Part shown: positions 17,779-26,275 of the stretch, one piece after another
Position numbering within the stretch: the stretch's first letter is position 1
How the letters are laid out: each line of letters starts with the position of its first letter
Origin: Candidatus Binatia bacterium
Lineage (GTDB): Bacteria; Desulfobacterota; Binatia; UBA12015
Assembly: GCA_019749875.1 (NCBI GenBank)
Contig: JAIEPK010000091.1
Span: forward strand, 14,398 to 78,397
DNA length: 64,000 bases
Direction of reading: 5' to 3'
Position numbers and translations under genes: made by a program
The notes under the pieces: model-generated
What the model saw: the letters and a program-made list of their open reading frames with translations, nothing else
What the model was told of the DNA's origin: nothing
Database searches by the model: none

Positions 17779-19074
17779 GTGGGGGAAACAGTATGTGTAA
17801 CGGTGCCTCAAGGGCGCTACCGGCGGGTGCGGGTACGCATCTGGGGTGACGAGAAGTTCACCCATCTCAGTGAGCGGGCGAAGCTGATCTGGCTCTACCT
17901 TCTCACCAGCCCGCAGACGGTGGCTTTGCCCGGGCTGCTCCGGGCGGGCCCGATGGCCATGGCCGAAGAGATGCGTCTTGAGCCCGAGGACTTCCTTGCC
18001 GGGCTGAGCGAAGTGCAGACCGCTGGGTTGCGCGTCGAGCTCGATCGCCAGGCGCGAGTCGTCTGGATTCCTGGGGCCATCCGACACAACGAACCCGAGA
18101 ACCCGAACGTCGTCGCCGCGTGGAGACGCTCCCTTGATGAGATTCCAGAATGCGCGCTTCGCAATCGAGCAGTCGCCGAGATCGAGGCCTTCCTGCTCGA
18201 ACTCGGACCATCATGGGCTCGCGCGTGGTTCACGTTCGACGCGAGGCAGCCGCGTCCGAATCGGATCCCGTCGGATGTCGCCGCGGCGGTCCGCGCGCGC
18301 GATGGGGACGAGTGTCGGTACTGCGATGAGGCGGTCAACTGGCACGACCGCAAGAGTGGGGCTGGGGCCACCTTCGATCATGTCGACCCCGCCGGGCCGA
18401 CCAACGAGAGCAATCTCGTCGTCTCATGTCGATCCTGTAACTCCCGGAAATCACTCCGACTTCCAGAGCACGCAGGGATGCGCGACCCGCGTCCACTGAT
18501 CACTGATGGATCACTGATCAATCGCGGATCGACCACTTCAGGGATCAAGGTTCCGACCAGAAAACAGGATCAGGAACAGGATCAAGAGCAGGATCAGGAA
18601 TCAGAACCATCCGCGCTGCCGCGCGGGTCGTCCCCTCGCACCCTGTTCGACCCCGACGCCGAGCCGCACGAGCCACCAGCCGCCCCTACGAAGCCGCGTG
18701 CCGCGCGCAAGGCGAAGTCCGTTCGAGAGTCGTGGCTCACGCCGTTCAACGACGCGCACCGCGAAGTCCTCGGCGGCGACCTGAACTTCGGCCAGGCGGC
18801 GCAGGCGCTGAAGCCCGTCGTCGCCGCTCTCGGCCCGGAGAGGGCCCTCGCCTTCTGGCGGCACTACCTCGCCCAGACGGAGGCCCGCTTCGTCTCGGTC
18901 ACCAAGTTTGCGGAGAAGTTCAAGGCCTACGACCCGGCCCACGCGGGCCGCACCGGAGGAGCCCATGGCGGATCAGGTCATCGAGTTGGCGCAGCGCAGG
19001 CTGGAGCAGCGGCGGCAGGAGCAGGGAACCCGTGGGCAGCACTCCGCGGCGGGAGACAGGCCGCGGCCGGGTGA
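17779..19074 (+). CDS. Phage replication initiator / replisome-organiser-like protein with an embedded HNH nuclease motif
   Basis: GGAGGAAG RBS then GTG at 17779. ...CRYCDEAVNWHDRKS...FDHVDPAGPTNESNLVVSCRSCNSRK is an HNH motif. QDQEQDQEQDQE repeat. Located upstream of the helicase loader. The last ~110 nt overlap the next gene in another frame, so the true end is uncertain. Confidence 0.6.
   Translation: MGETVCVTVPQGRYRRVRVRIWGDEKFTHLSERAKLIWLYLLTSPQTVALPGLLRAGPMAMAEEMRLEPEDFLAGLSEVQTAGLRVELDRQARVVWIPGAIRHNEPENPNVVAAWRRSLDEIPECALRNRAVAEIEAFLLELGPSWARAWFTFDARQPRPNRIPSDVAAAVRARDGDECRYCDEAVNWHDRKSGAGATFDHVDPAGPTNESNLVVSCRSCNSRKSLRLPEHAGMRDPRPLITDGSLINRGSTTSGIKVPTRKQDQEQDQEQDQESEPSALPRGSSPRTLFDPDAEPHEPPAAPTKPRAARKAKSVRESWLTPFNDAHREVLGGDLNFGQAAQALKPVVAALGPERALAFWRHYLAQTEARFVSVTKFAEKFKAYDPAHAGRTGGAHGGSGHRVGAAQAGAAAAGAGNPWAALRGGRQAAAG
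18495..18600. repeat. GATC-rich iteron-like repeats inside the replication gene; candidate phage origin of replication
   Basis: 8 GATC sites within 98 bp (18498-18595) in a ~70% GC genome. TGATCACTGATGGATCACTGATCA followed by four (A/G)GGATCA(A/G)G units. Locally AT-richer. Confidence 0.45.
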
Positions 19075-19852
19075 CGTCGCGATCGAGATCCTCGACCGCC
19101 TGCAGCGCTCGGCGAAGCGCTGGGCATGCCGCGCGTGCGGCGAGGAGCTCACGCAGGACGACCTCAACCGCCCGCTCGTCGGCGCGGTGACGGAGCCCGG
19201 CTTCTGCACCGCGTGCGTCCGTCGAGCGATCGAGCGCGGCCGCAAGCAGCGCGAGCGGAACATCGTGCCGGCGATGCGCGCCGCGGGGGCGAGCGTGTCG
19301 CACGCACAGGCGAAGCTCGCCGACTACGCTGCCCTGCCGCACGGGGCGTTCGCGGTCGGCGACCCGCCGGGCTTCACGAAGGGCCATCGCGGCTACCTGA
19401 TCTGCGGGCCGTGGGGCACCGGCAAGACACACCTCGCGTGCGCGCTGATGCGCGGGTTCCTGATCGCGGGCCACACGGCGCGGTACGTCACCGCGAAGAA
19501 GCTCCGCCGTGAGGTGAACCAGACCAACAGCGACAGGGCGTCGCGCACCGAGCAGCAGGTCATCGACGAGCTGTGCGGCTACGACCTGCTCGTCATCGAC
19601 GACCTCGGGAAGGAAGGCACGATGACGGACGCCCTTAAGTCGCTGATCCACGACGTGCTCTCCGAGCGCCTCGACAACCTGCGCCCGGTAGTCATCACGA
19701 CGAACTTGCCGTTGCGCGGCTTGACCACGGACGGCGTCTTCTACCCGGGCATCGCCGAGACCTACGACGGAGGCATCGCGAGCCGCCTCGAGTTCCTCGA
19801 GCAGGTCGTGATCGACGGCGAGGACCGCCGGCAAGCCGGGGGCGCGTCGTGA
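18965..19852 (+). CDS. DnaC/IstB-like AAA+ helicase loader
   Basis: GGAGGA RBS then ATG at 18965. Walker A GPWGTGKTHLA and Walker B DLLVIDDLG. Confidence 0.85.
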   Translation: MADQVIELAQRRLEQRRQEQGTRGQHSAAGDRPRPGDVAIEILDRLQRSAKRWACRACGEELTQDDLNRPLVGAVTEPGFCTACVRRAIERGRKQRERNIVPAMRAAGASVSHAQAKLADYAALPHGAFAVGDPPGFTKGHRGYLICGPWGTGKTHLACALMRGFLIAGHTARYVTAKKLRREVNQTNSDRASRTEQQVIDELCGYDLLVIDDLGKEGTMTDALKSLIHDVLSERLDNLRPVVITTNLPLRGLTTDGVFYPGIAETYDGGIASRLEFLEQVVIDGEDRRQAGGAS

Positions 19853-20022
19853 CCGGCGGGCGTGTGCCGGCACGGGGCACCGATCACGAGGACCGGAGCG
19901 AGCGGCACAACCTGCTCCAGGAGCTCGAGCGCCTGATCGAGCTGCGCCAGCGCCTCGGCGTTTCGGCGCGGCAGCAGGCGGAGGACGTCATGGCGGTGCT
20001 CCGCCGCCGGGGCGTCGCGTGA
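19849..20022 (+). CDS. Small coupled ORF (57 aa), hypothetical
   Basis: GTGA overlap with the dnaC-like stop and again with the next start. High GC3. Below the table 60-aa cutoff. Confidence 0.3.
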   Translation: MTGGRVPARGTDHEDRSERHNLLQELERLIELRQRLGVSARQQAEDVMAVLRRRGVA

Positions 20023-20285
20023 AGCGCTACACGCAGAAGTCCTGGGCGTTGGTCGAGCGCCGCTTCGCGACGACGCTCCGCTGCTTCCCGATGCTCAGCC
20101 GTCGCATCTCGATGGCGCGGGCGGCGCTGAATCTTTCATGCGTGCGCTTCGCCGAGGCCGTGCGGCTCGACGTCGTGGTGCTGCGCGCGATCGAGGCCGG
20201 ACGTGCGTCACCGACGCGAGACACGCTGGCCGACATCTCGGCCTTCACCGGGCGGCCCCTCGGGTGGTTCGGGGGTCGCGGGTGA
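20019..20285 (+). CDS. XRE-family helix-turn-helix DNA-binding protein (Cro/CI-like)
   Basis: ...LSCVRFAEAVRLDVVVLRAIEAGRASPTRDTLADISAFTG matches the XRE HTH pattern. GTGA-coupled at both ends. Confidence 0.55.
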   Translation: MKRYTQKSWALVERRFATTLRCFPMLSRRISMARAALNLSCVRFAEAVRLDVVVLRAIEAGRASPTRDTLADISAFTGRPLGWFGGRG

Positions 20286-20483
20286 AGCGCCAGCGCTACC
20301 TCGTCGAGCTCGAGGACCGCACCGGGAAGCGCTCGAGCGTCTGCCGGTCCGACAGCCGCGTCGCCGCGGAGGCGGTCGCGAAGGCGCAGCGGCGCTTCGG
20401 GCTCGCAGAGCTCATCGACACGGAGACAGGCGAGGTCCTGCTCTCCCTCACACCCGCCGGATGGCGGGGGAAAGACGGAACGG
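20282..20483 (+). CDS. Hypothetical early protein; 3' end unresolved
   Basis: GTG at 20282 coupled to the upstream stop. Strong GC3 bias for about 180 nt, then codon bias collapses with no in-frame stop until 20938. Possible indel, or the gene ends near 20480. Confidence 0.25.
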
Positions 20484-20657
20484 ATGCCGACCAAGAAAAA
20501 GACACCCGAGCAGCGCGCGGACAACATCGTCAAGTCGCTCGTCCAGGGCCTGGGCCCCGACGATCGGAAGCACGTCCACGAGGGGATGCGCGTCCTGCTG
20601 AAGCGGATCGCGACGGACGAGATCAAGCACGCGGTCGCGGACGCGACGGCGGAGTAG
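20484..20657 (+). CDS. Small hypothetical protein (57 aa)
   Basis: ATG at 20484. Translation MPTKKKTPEQRADNIVKSLVQGLGPDDRKHVHEGMRVLLKRIATDEIKHAVADATAE with about 93% GC3. Clearly the coding frame in this stretch. Confidence 0.45.
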   Translation: MPTKKKTPEQRADNIVKSLVQGLGPDDRKHVHEGMRVLLKRIATDEIKHAVADATAE

Positions 20658-20761
20658 CGCAGCCGGCAGCGCCGGGTGTCGACGACGATGTCGAGGCCCG
20701 GCGCAAGGCCGCGTGGGACGCAGCACGGCGCGCTGGGTGGCGCGGCGAGCTCGATCCCGAG

Positions 20762-20938
20762 GTGCGGGAGAAGCTCGGCCCGCCCTGTCAAGCCAAGGAC
20801 TGCGGATACCCGCAGCGAATGCACGTTCACGAACGCGGGCGCCGCTGGACCTGGTGCGTGCCGGACTCCGGCTGCGGCATGTTCATCGGGGAGCGCGCTC
20901 AGGGGGTGGGGGTTGAAGGGGAAAGCAAAGCGGCGTAG
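20762..20938 (+). CDS. Small Cys-containing hypothetical protein; start unresolved (coding signal begins near 20700)
   Basis: ...PPCQAKDCGYPQRMHVHERGRRWTWCVPDSGCGMF in the frame of table ORF 20138..20938. High GC3 only in the last ~240 nt. Confidence 0.3.
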   Translation: MREKLGPPCQAKDCGYPQRMHVHERGRRWTWCVPDSGCGMFIGERAQGVGVEGESKAA

Positions 20939-20966
20939 CGCCGCACGCTCGGCGGTCCGGCGGCGC

Positions 20967-21464
20967 GTGAAGCGCCCGACGACCATCGTGGCGAAGCGAG
21001 AGTCTGGTCCGGGCGTGGTCGACACGCCAAGTCGCAGCGTCGCGACTCTGCAGATCGGCAGCAAGCCGGTACGCGCGCTGAGCGTCGAGCTCGATCTCGG
21101 CGCGGCGTTCGGGCCGGACGCACCGACGCACGAGAATGCGGCCGGCGGCAGGCAGTCGGTGTCGCCATGCGCGCTTGATGTCGTCCCGCTCGCGCTGTTG
21201 CGCGTCGGCCGGGTGCTCTTCTCGGGAGAGACGAAGAACGAGGACGAGCGGCAGCTGGTCGGTCGCGAGAACTGGCGGAAGATCACGTCGCGCGAGCACG
21301 CGCGGCACATGCTCAACCACCTGATCCTGTACCTCGTCGGCGATCGGTCCGACGACCACATCGAGCACGCCGTCGCGCGCGGGCTGTTCATCATCGAGCG
21401 CGACCAGGAGCCGCAGCGCGTTCTCGGCTGGTTCGCCGATCGCCTGCACGGGAGGTCCCGTTGA
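20967..21464 (+). CDS. Hypothetical phage protein (165 aa)
   Basis: GTG at 20967. Latter part of table ORF 20676..21464 has coding-like codon usage (…HMLNHLILYLVGDRSDDHIEHAVARGLFIIERD…). Confidence 0.45.
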   Translation: MKRPTTIVAKRESGPGVVDTPSRSVATLQIGSKPVRALSVELDLGAAFGPDAPTHENAAGGRQSVSPCALDVVPLALLRVGRVLFSGETKNEDERQLVGRENWRKITSREHARHMLNHLILYLVGDRSDDHIEHAVARGLFIIERDQEPQRVLGWFADRLHGRSR

Positions 21465-21961
21465 AGCTCCCTATCCCTGACTGGCTGATCGACGCGATCG
21501 TGCGCCGCGCGAAGCGTCGGCCGTACGCGCACTTGACGGGATACATGGAGCGGTACTGGCTGTTCCGCACCCGGTGGCTCGCGTGCCGGCTGCACGTGAT
21601 CCTGCGCAGCGACGACGATCGTGCGCTGCACGATCACCCGTGGGACTACGCGACCGTGATCCTGCGGGGCGGCTACACCGAGATCACGCCGAACCCGTTC
21701 CGGCTCTGGGACGAGCCGTGGCGGCCGATCGCGCAGCGTCGCGAGCGGATCGAGCCCGGCCGCGTGCTGTTCCGCCGTGTCGAGTCGCTGCACCGGCTCG
21801 AGGTTCCGGATGGCTCGACCTGCTTGACGATGTTCTTCACCCGCCCCAAGCGCCGCACGTGGGGCTTCCAGACGCCGCAAGGGTGGGTGAGTCACCACGA
21901 CTACGAGCGGATGATCGCGGGCGGCGTGATCCCGCACGCGAGGCGGAAGGTGGCGTCATGA
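21461..21961 (+). CDS. Hypothetical phage protein (166 aa)
   Basis: TTG start overlapping the upstream TGA. Table ORF. No recognisable domain. Confidence 0.45.
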   Translation: MKLPIPDWLIDAIVRRAKRRPYAHLTGYMERYWLFRTRWLACRLHVILRSDDDRALHDHPWDYATVILRGGYTEITPNPFRLWDEPWRPIAQRRERIEPGRVLFRRVESLHRLEVPDGSTCLTMFFTRPKRRTWGFQTPQGWVSHHDYERMIAGGVIPHARRKVAS

Positions 21962-22542
21962 CCCGGCTATCCTGCGGCTGCACCGAGCACGGCGGTGTGA
22001 TCTTTACGGCGGGTCCCCGCGCCTACATGCACGGGCACCAGCGCGGCAGCGACGCCGCGATGGCGACCGAGCCGACGGAGCCCCGGCCCGCCGAGCCGCG
22101 CTGCCGGGCGCGCAGCTACTTCTGGGGCTCGTACTACGACTGCGCGCTCCCGAAGGGCCACGCGGACGCGCACGACAGCTACCCCGGCGGCGGCCCGTTT
22201 GGCCAGTGGCGCGAGCAATGGACCGACGACGAAGTCACTGCGGAGGTGATGACGGACGGCTCGCCGAAGCCGGAGGCATCGGCAGCGCCGCCAGTCGCCC
22301 CCGCGCCCTTCGACGAGATGGAGCGCGGCCGGTGCGGCTCGTGCCGGTGGTGGAACCGTATCGAGTCGCGTCGCTACGGGGATTGCACGAACTCGCTTGT
22401 GGCTGACGGCTGCGATTCGGCCTTTCGCGGAGTCACGAACGCCGCGGTCCTGGGCCGTCTGCGCACCGGCGACCGCTTCGGCTGCGTCCACTGGCACGGC
22501 GACGACTGCCCGACGTGTGGCGAGCCGCGGAGGCCGAAGTGA
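21958..22542 (+). CDS. Cys/His-rich hypothetical protein (putative zinc-binding)
   Basis: ATGA-coupled start at 21958. CGC..., GRCGSCRWW, CPTCGEP motifs. Ends EPRRPK. Confidence 0.45.
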   Translation: MTRLSCGCTEHGGVIFTAGPRAYMHGHQRGSDAAMATEPTEPRPAEPRCRARSYFWGSYYDCALPKGHADAHDSYPGGGPFGQWREQWTDDEVTAEVMTDGSPKPEASAAPPVAPAPFDEMERGRCGSCRWWNRIESRRYGDCTNSLVADGCDSAFRGVTNAAVLGRLRTGDRFGCVHWHGDDCPTCGEPRRPK

Positions 22543-23408
22543 GCCCAATCGATCCGGAGGAGGTGCGGCGGCGGTTGGGAGATGCCCACGACTTCCGTGA
22601 TCGCCCGATCCACGCCGCCGCCCGAGAGTGGCTGCGCATGCAGGAGCATATCGTGCTGGACTGCGGCAGCAACAGTTGCCGCTTCGCCGCAACGAAGGGC
22701 GGGATGCGCACGAACGGCGGGTGCCGCTGCTTCGAGCGCGCCGGGTTCGGTCCGAGTGCCGTGCAGGCCGCGTATCAGATGCTGCCCGAGATCGCGCGGC
22801 TACGCGCAGCCATGCAGGAGCAGGGCGCGCCCGTCGACGACGAGTTCCCCGAACCTGATCCGGTCGCGCCAGGCATGCAGTATGACAATGCGATGCGGCT
22901 CGCGCTGGCCGTGCGTGACGCCTACACGGCGGCACTCGATTGCAGCGAGGACGGCGCCGAACCGACGCTGGACCTCAGCGGGATTGTCGATCGCCACCTC
23001 CGCGAGCAGCAGGCCGCGCCCACCGTGCAGGAGAAGTCGGGCATCCGGGACGTGATCGACCGCCGGGATCGTGAGGAGTTGATCGCGCACCTGGCGACGC
23101 TGGCGCCCGACGTGCAGGCGCAATGTCGTTTCGAGAACGGACGAGACGAGTGCCTTACGCACGCGGGTGGGCTGTTTGTCGGTTTTCGCCACGGGACGCG
23201 ACCGATTTGCACCCACGGCATCGACAGCGACGTACAGGCGCAGATCGACGCGGCGGTCGCGAAGGAGCGGGACGAGGACAGCGCCCGCGTAATGGCGGCT
23301 TCGCTACGGGAGGAGCAAGTCGAGGGCAGGACCGCACTCGTCCTGTTCGCCGACAAGATCCGCGCCCGCAGCGGCCTCGAACGCATCGAGCCACGGAGGC
23401 CGAAGTGA
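22539..23408 (+). CDS. Hypothetical phage protein (about 289 aa)
   Basis: GTGA-coupled start at 22539 preceded by CGGAGG. Ends IEPRRPK like the previous gene. Confidence 0.45.
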   Translation: MSPIDPEEVRRRLGDAHDFRDRPIHAAAREWLRMQEHIVLDCGSNSCRFAATKGGMRTNGGCRCFERAGFGPSAVQAAYQMLPEIARLRAAMQEQGAPVDDEFPEPDPVAPGMQYDNAMRLALAVRDAYTAALDCSEDGAEPTLDLSGIVDRHLREQQAAPTVQEKSGIRDVIDRRDREELIAHLATLAPDVQAQCRFENGRDECLTHAGGLFVGFRHGTRPICTHGIDSDVQAQIDAAVAKERDEDSARVMAASLREEQVEGRTALVLFADKIRARSGLERIEPRRPK

Positions 23409-23653
23409 TCGCCGCGTCGCCGGTCGTCAAGCGCTACGAGGTCCGTTGCGCGTTCGCGGCACACGGCACCAGGGGGAGTCATCGCTCGCGCTTCACGCGC
23501 TTCTATATCTGGGCGCTGATCCACTTCCTGTTCGACGGCTGCGTGCGGCAGATCGTCGACCACCAACGCCGGACCGTGAGCGGGCACTGGTTCGCGCCGG
23601 GAGACTGCCGGTACGACCGGCGCGAGCCGCGAGACGAACGAGGTCGCGCGTGA
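23405..23653 (+). CDS. Small hypothetical protein (82 aa)
   Basis: GTGA-coupled start at 23405 after CGGAGGCCGAA. In-frame tail of table ORF 23123..23653. Confidence 0.35.
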   Translation: MIAASPVVKRYEVRCAFAAHGTRGSHRSRFTRFYIWALIHFLFDGCVRQIVDHQRRTVSGHWFAPGDCRYDRREPRDERGRA

Positions 23654-24153
23654 TGCCGTCATGCCGACGCTGCAAGGGGCCCGTCGATCCGCCGCGCAGG
23701 AGCTGGTGCAGCCAGGACTGCGTCGATGCCTTCCTGTTCGAGCGGCACCAGTCGGTGCGGCGCGCGAGGGTCAAGGAGCGCGATCAGGGCGTCTGCGCCG
23801 AGTGCGGTCTCGACACGGTGGCGTTCTGCCGGGCACTTCGCCGGCTCGAGCGCGGCTTCGTCCCGCCTGGACGAAGCTACGGCCGCACGCGCGGCCTGAT
23901 CCGAGGCCGGCAGTGGATTCGCGCGCGCGAGATCCGGCGCGCGCTCCGCATCCCGTCACACCGCTTCGCCGACCTCTGGGACGCAGACCACATCATGCCG
24001 CAAGTCGAGGGAGGGCCGCAGACAATGGAGAACCTGCGGACGCTCTGCATCTGGTGCCACCGACGCGCGACGGCTGAGCTGCACGCGCGACTCGCACGGC
24101 GCCGCAGAGAAGGGAAACGCGGCGTGGCGCCGCAGCTGTCACTGGCGGTCTGA
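23650..24153 (+). CDS. HNH endonuclease
   Basis: CAECGLDT...WDADHIMPQVEGG...ENLRTLCIWCHRRAT HNH/zinc-finger motifs. Coupled start GTGATG. Confidence 0.8.
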   Translation: MMPSCRRCKGPVDPPRRSWCSQDCVDAFLFERHQSVRRARVKERDQGVCAECGLDTVAFCRALRRLERGFVPPGRSYGRTRGLIRGRQWIRAREIRRALRIPSHRFADLWDADHIMPQVEGGPQTMENLRTLCIWCHRRATAELHARLARRRREGKRGVAPQLSLAV

Positions 24154-24620
24154 TGGGCCGCGCAGCGCGCCCGCGGCAGTTCAAGCTCGGGCGCATCGGG
24201 AGAGGAGCCAGGGTGGGGAGAGACGCGAACCACAGGATGATCCAGGGGCGCTTCGAGAAGGAGCACCTCGCGTCGACGGCGGATCTGTCCGGCGTCGGCA
24301 AGGGCGTGCCCGACATCGTCGTCGGGTACTGCGGCTTGACGACGCTCGTCGAGATCAAGCTGCCCGAGGGTAGGCGCGGCGGCACGGCGTTCTCGAAGCT
24401 GAACCACCGACAGGTCGGCTTCCACAGCAAGTGGCGCGGTATGACGCCGTTCGTCGCGCGCACGGATGCCGACGTCGACGCGATAGCCGCTCGCATAGAG
24501 CGTCTCGGCGCCGTGATGCGCGAGATCGAGTCCCTCCCCGATGACGAGCTCGAGTCGCTCGCTCTCGAGCTGCGCCAGCGATTCCGCGAGGGGCCTTCCG
24601 CTTCAAGCCTGTCGGCCTAA
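24153..24620 (+). CDS. VRR-NUC domain nuclease
   Basis: GVPDIVVGYCGLTTLVEIKLPEGR...LNHRQVGFHSKW matches the VRR-NUC PD-(D/E)xK motif. TGATG-coupled start. Confidence 0.65.
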   Translation: MGRAARPRQFKLGRIGRGARVGRDANHRMIQGRFEKEHLASTADLSGVGKGVPDIVVGYCGLTTLVEIKLPEGRRGGTAFSKLNHRQVGFHSKWRGMTPFVARTDADVDAIAARIERLGAVMREIESLPDDELESLALELRQRFREGPSASSLSA

Positions 24621-24679
24621 CCTCGGGTCGCGGGTGGGGGGACGGCGTTGCCTTTGACCGGCCGCGCCGACAGGCGTTC

Positions 24680-25075
24680 TTGACTGGACGCTCCCCCCTG
24701 CTGTCCCGCACCAAGACCCATGCGCCGTTCCCATGCCCCGAACCATCGACCACGGAGAACGAGCGCGTGACCCTGGAGTGGCACCTTTCCAACGTACCCT
24801 TCGACGCGACGGAAGAGCAGATCGAAGCCTTCGTCGCGCAGTCCGGAGTCCTGGTGGGGCCGGTCCGGATGCTACACAACCCCGACGGCGAGTTCCGCGG
24901 GTACTGCTTCGTGCGCATCGACGTGGACGGCGGCGCGATAGAGATGGAGGCCGCGCGGCGCTCGATCTACGGTCAGCGCATCGCGACCCCTCGCAAGCCG
25001 AAGGGTCTGAAGATCAACGTCGAGGTCGCGCGCATGCGCCGGCAGCCGCCGGAGCGGCGCCCCGAGGCAGCCTGA
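24680..25075 (+). CDS. RRM-like (RNA recognition motif) small protein
   Basis: RNP2-like LEWHLSNVPFDATEEQI and RNP1-like RGYCFVRI. Alternative start GTG 24767 with GGAGAAC RBS. Confidence 0.45.
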   Translation: MTGRSPLLSRTKTHAPFPCPEPSTTENERVTLEWHLSNVPFDATEEQIEAFVAQSGVLVGPVRMLHNPDGEFRGYCFVRIDVDGGAIEMEAARRSIYGQRIATPRKPKGLKINVEVARMRRQPPERRPEAA

Positions 25076-25079
25076 CTCG

Positions 25080-25655
25080 ATGCATCTTCGCGACCGCGTA
25101 CGCGAGCTGCGCCTCGTCCCGGCGGGCGAGCTCCGGCGGAACGAGAAGAACTGGCGTCGCCACCCACAGCGCCAGCGCGACGCGCTCTCGGCGGTGCTGC
25201 GCGAGATCGGGTACGCCGGCGCGGTACTGGCGTACGAGGCCGGCGACGAGCTGAAGCTGATCGACGGCCACCTGCGCGTCGACGAGGCCGGCGAGGACGA
25301 CGTGCCCGTGCTGGTCGTCGACCTGACCGAGGCCGAGGCCGATCGCCTGCTCGCCATCTACGACCCGCTCGGGGCGATGGCGGAGACCGACCGCGTGAAG
25401 CTCGCCGGGCTGCTCAACGAGGCGGACCAGTCGATCACCAGCCTCATCCACGACCTCGACCCCGCCGGAGGGGCGGAGCCGAAGGGTGGTGGCGGGAAGC
25501 GCCCAGCGCCGATGCTCAAGTTCGGCGACACGCAAGTCGCCCTCACTGAGGGCGAGGCCGATTCGCTGCGCCAGCTCTCGTCCGACTACCGGCAGCAGCA
25601 CGGCTCGACGATCGGCTTCTGGGGCTGGCTCGCGAGCCACGCGGGTCTCGCGTGA
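25080..25655 (+). CDS. ParB N-terminal-domain (ParB/Srx-like nuclease) protein
   Basis: ...NEKNWRRHPQRQRDAL...LIDGHLRVDEAG... ParB-N/sulfiredoxin fold signature. Confidence 0.65.
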   Translation: MHLRDRVRELRLVPAGELRRNEKNWRRHPQRQRDALSAVLREIGYAGAVLAYEAGDELKLIDGHLRVDEAGEDDVPVLVVDLTEAEADRLLAIYDPLGAMAETDRVKLAGLLNEADQSITSLIHDLDPAGGAEPKGGGGKRPAPMLKFGDTQVALTEGEADSLRQLSSDYRQQHGSTIGFWGWLASHAGLA

Positions 25656-26275
25656 CGCGCAACCGCATCAAGTACCTGCGGCGCGTGCGCGCGTCCGAGC
25701 TGCTCCGTGACCCGGCGAACTACCGCCGCCACACCACGGCGCAGAAGAGCGCGCTCGCGGCCGTCTTCGAGGAGTTCGGTTTCGCCGGTGCCGCGATCGC
25801 GCGCGAGACGCCCGAAGGCCTCCTGCTCATCGACGGGCACTTGCGCGCGGACGAGGCGGGCGACGCCGAGATCCCTGTCCTGGTGCTTGACGTCACCGAG
25901 GCGGAGGCAAAGACGCTTCTCGCCGTGCTCGACCCGCTCGCTGACATGGCAGAGCTCGACCACGACGCGCTGTCGCGCCTGGTCGAGGGCATGGCGTTCG
26001 ACTCCGATGCCATCACGAAGCTCCTCGCGGACCTGCTCGGATCGACCCCCGGTGGCGCCGCCACGCCCGAGAAGGGCGAGGAGGAACCGTTCGTGCTCCT
26101 GCGGCATCGCAGCCGCCGGAAGTTCCCGGCCACGCAGGCTGAGATTCACGCGCTCTGGGCGGCGCTCAACTGGTACGTCGACACGAACACCAGGCCCGAG
26201 GGCTTCGTCAGTTGGCTGCTCGAGCGTGCCCGCGCGACCGGGTCTCTCGCGGCGCAGGCATCTCCTCCACGGTGA
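25652..26275 (+). CDS. ParB N-terminal-domain protein, tandem paralog of 25080..25655
   Basis: About 50% identical over about 100 aa to the upstream gene (…ANYRRHTTAQKSAL…LIDGHLRADEAGD…VLVLDVTEAEA…). Overlapping stop and start. Confidence 0.65.
   Translation: MTRNRIKYLRRVRASELLRDPANYRRHTTAQKSALAAVFEEFGFAGAAIARETPEGLLLIDGHLRADEAGDAEIPVLVLDVTEAEAKTLLAVLDPLADMAELDHDALSRLVEGMAFDSDAITKLLADLLGSTPGGAATPEKGEEEPFVLLRHRSRRKFPATQAEIHALWAALNWYVDTNTRPEGFVSWLLERARATGSLAAQASPPR

Noticed and set aside
23650-24153. HNH endonuclease as the terminase-associated cos-cleavage HNH
   Set aside because: It lies about 9 kb upstream of TerL with more than 15 genes between. More likely a free-standing early-region or homing-type nuclease.
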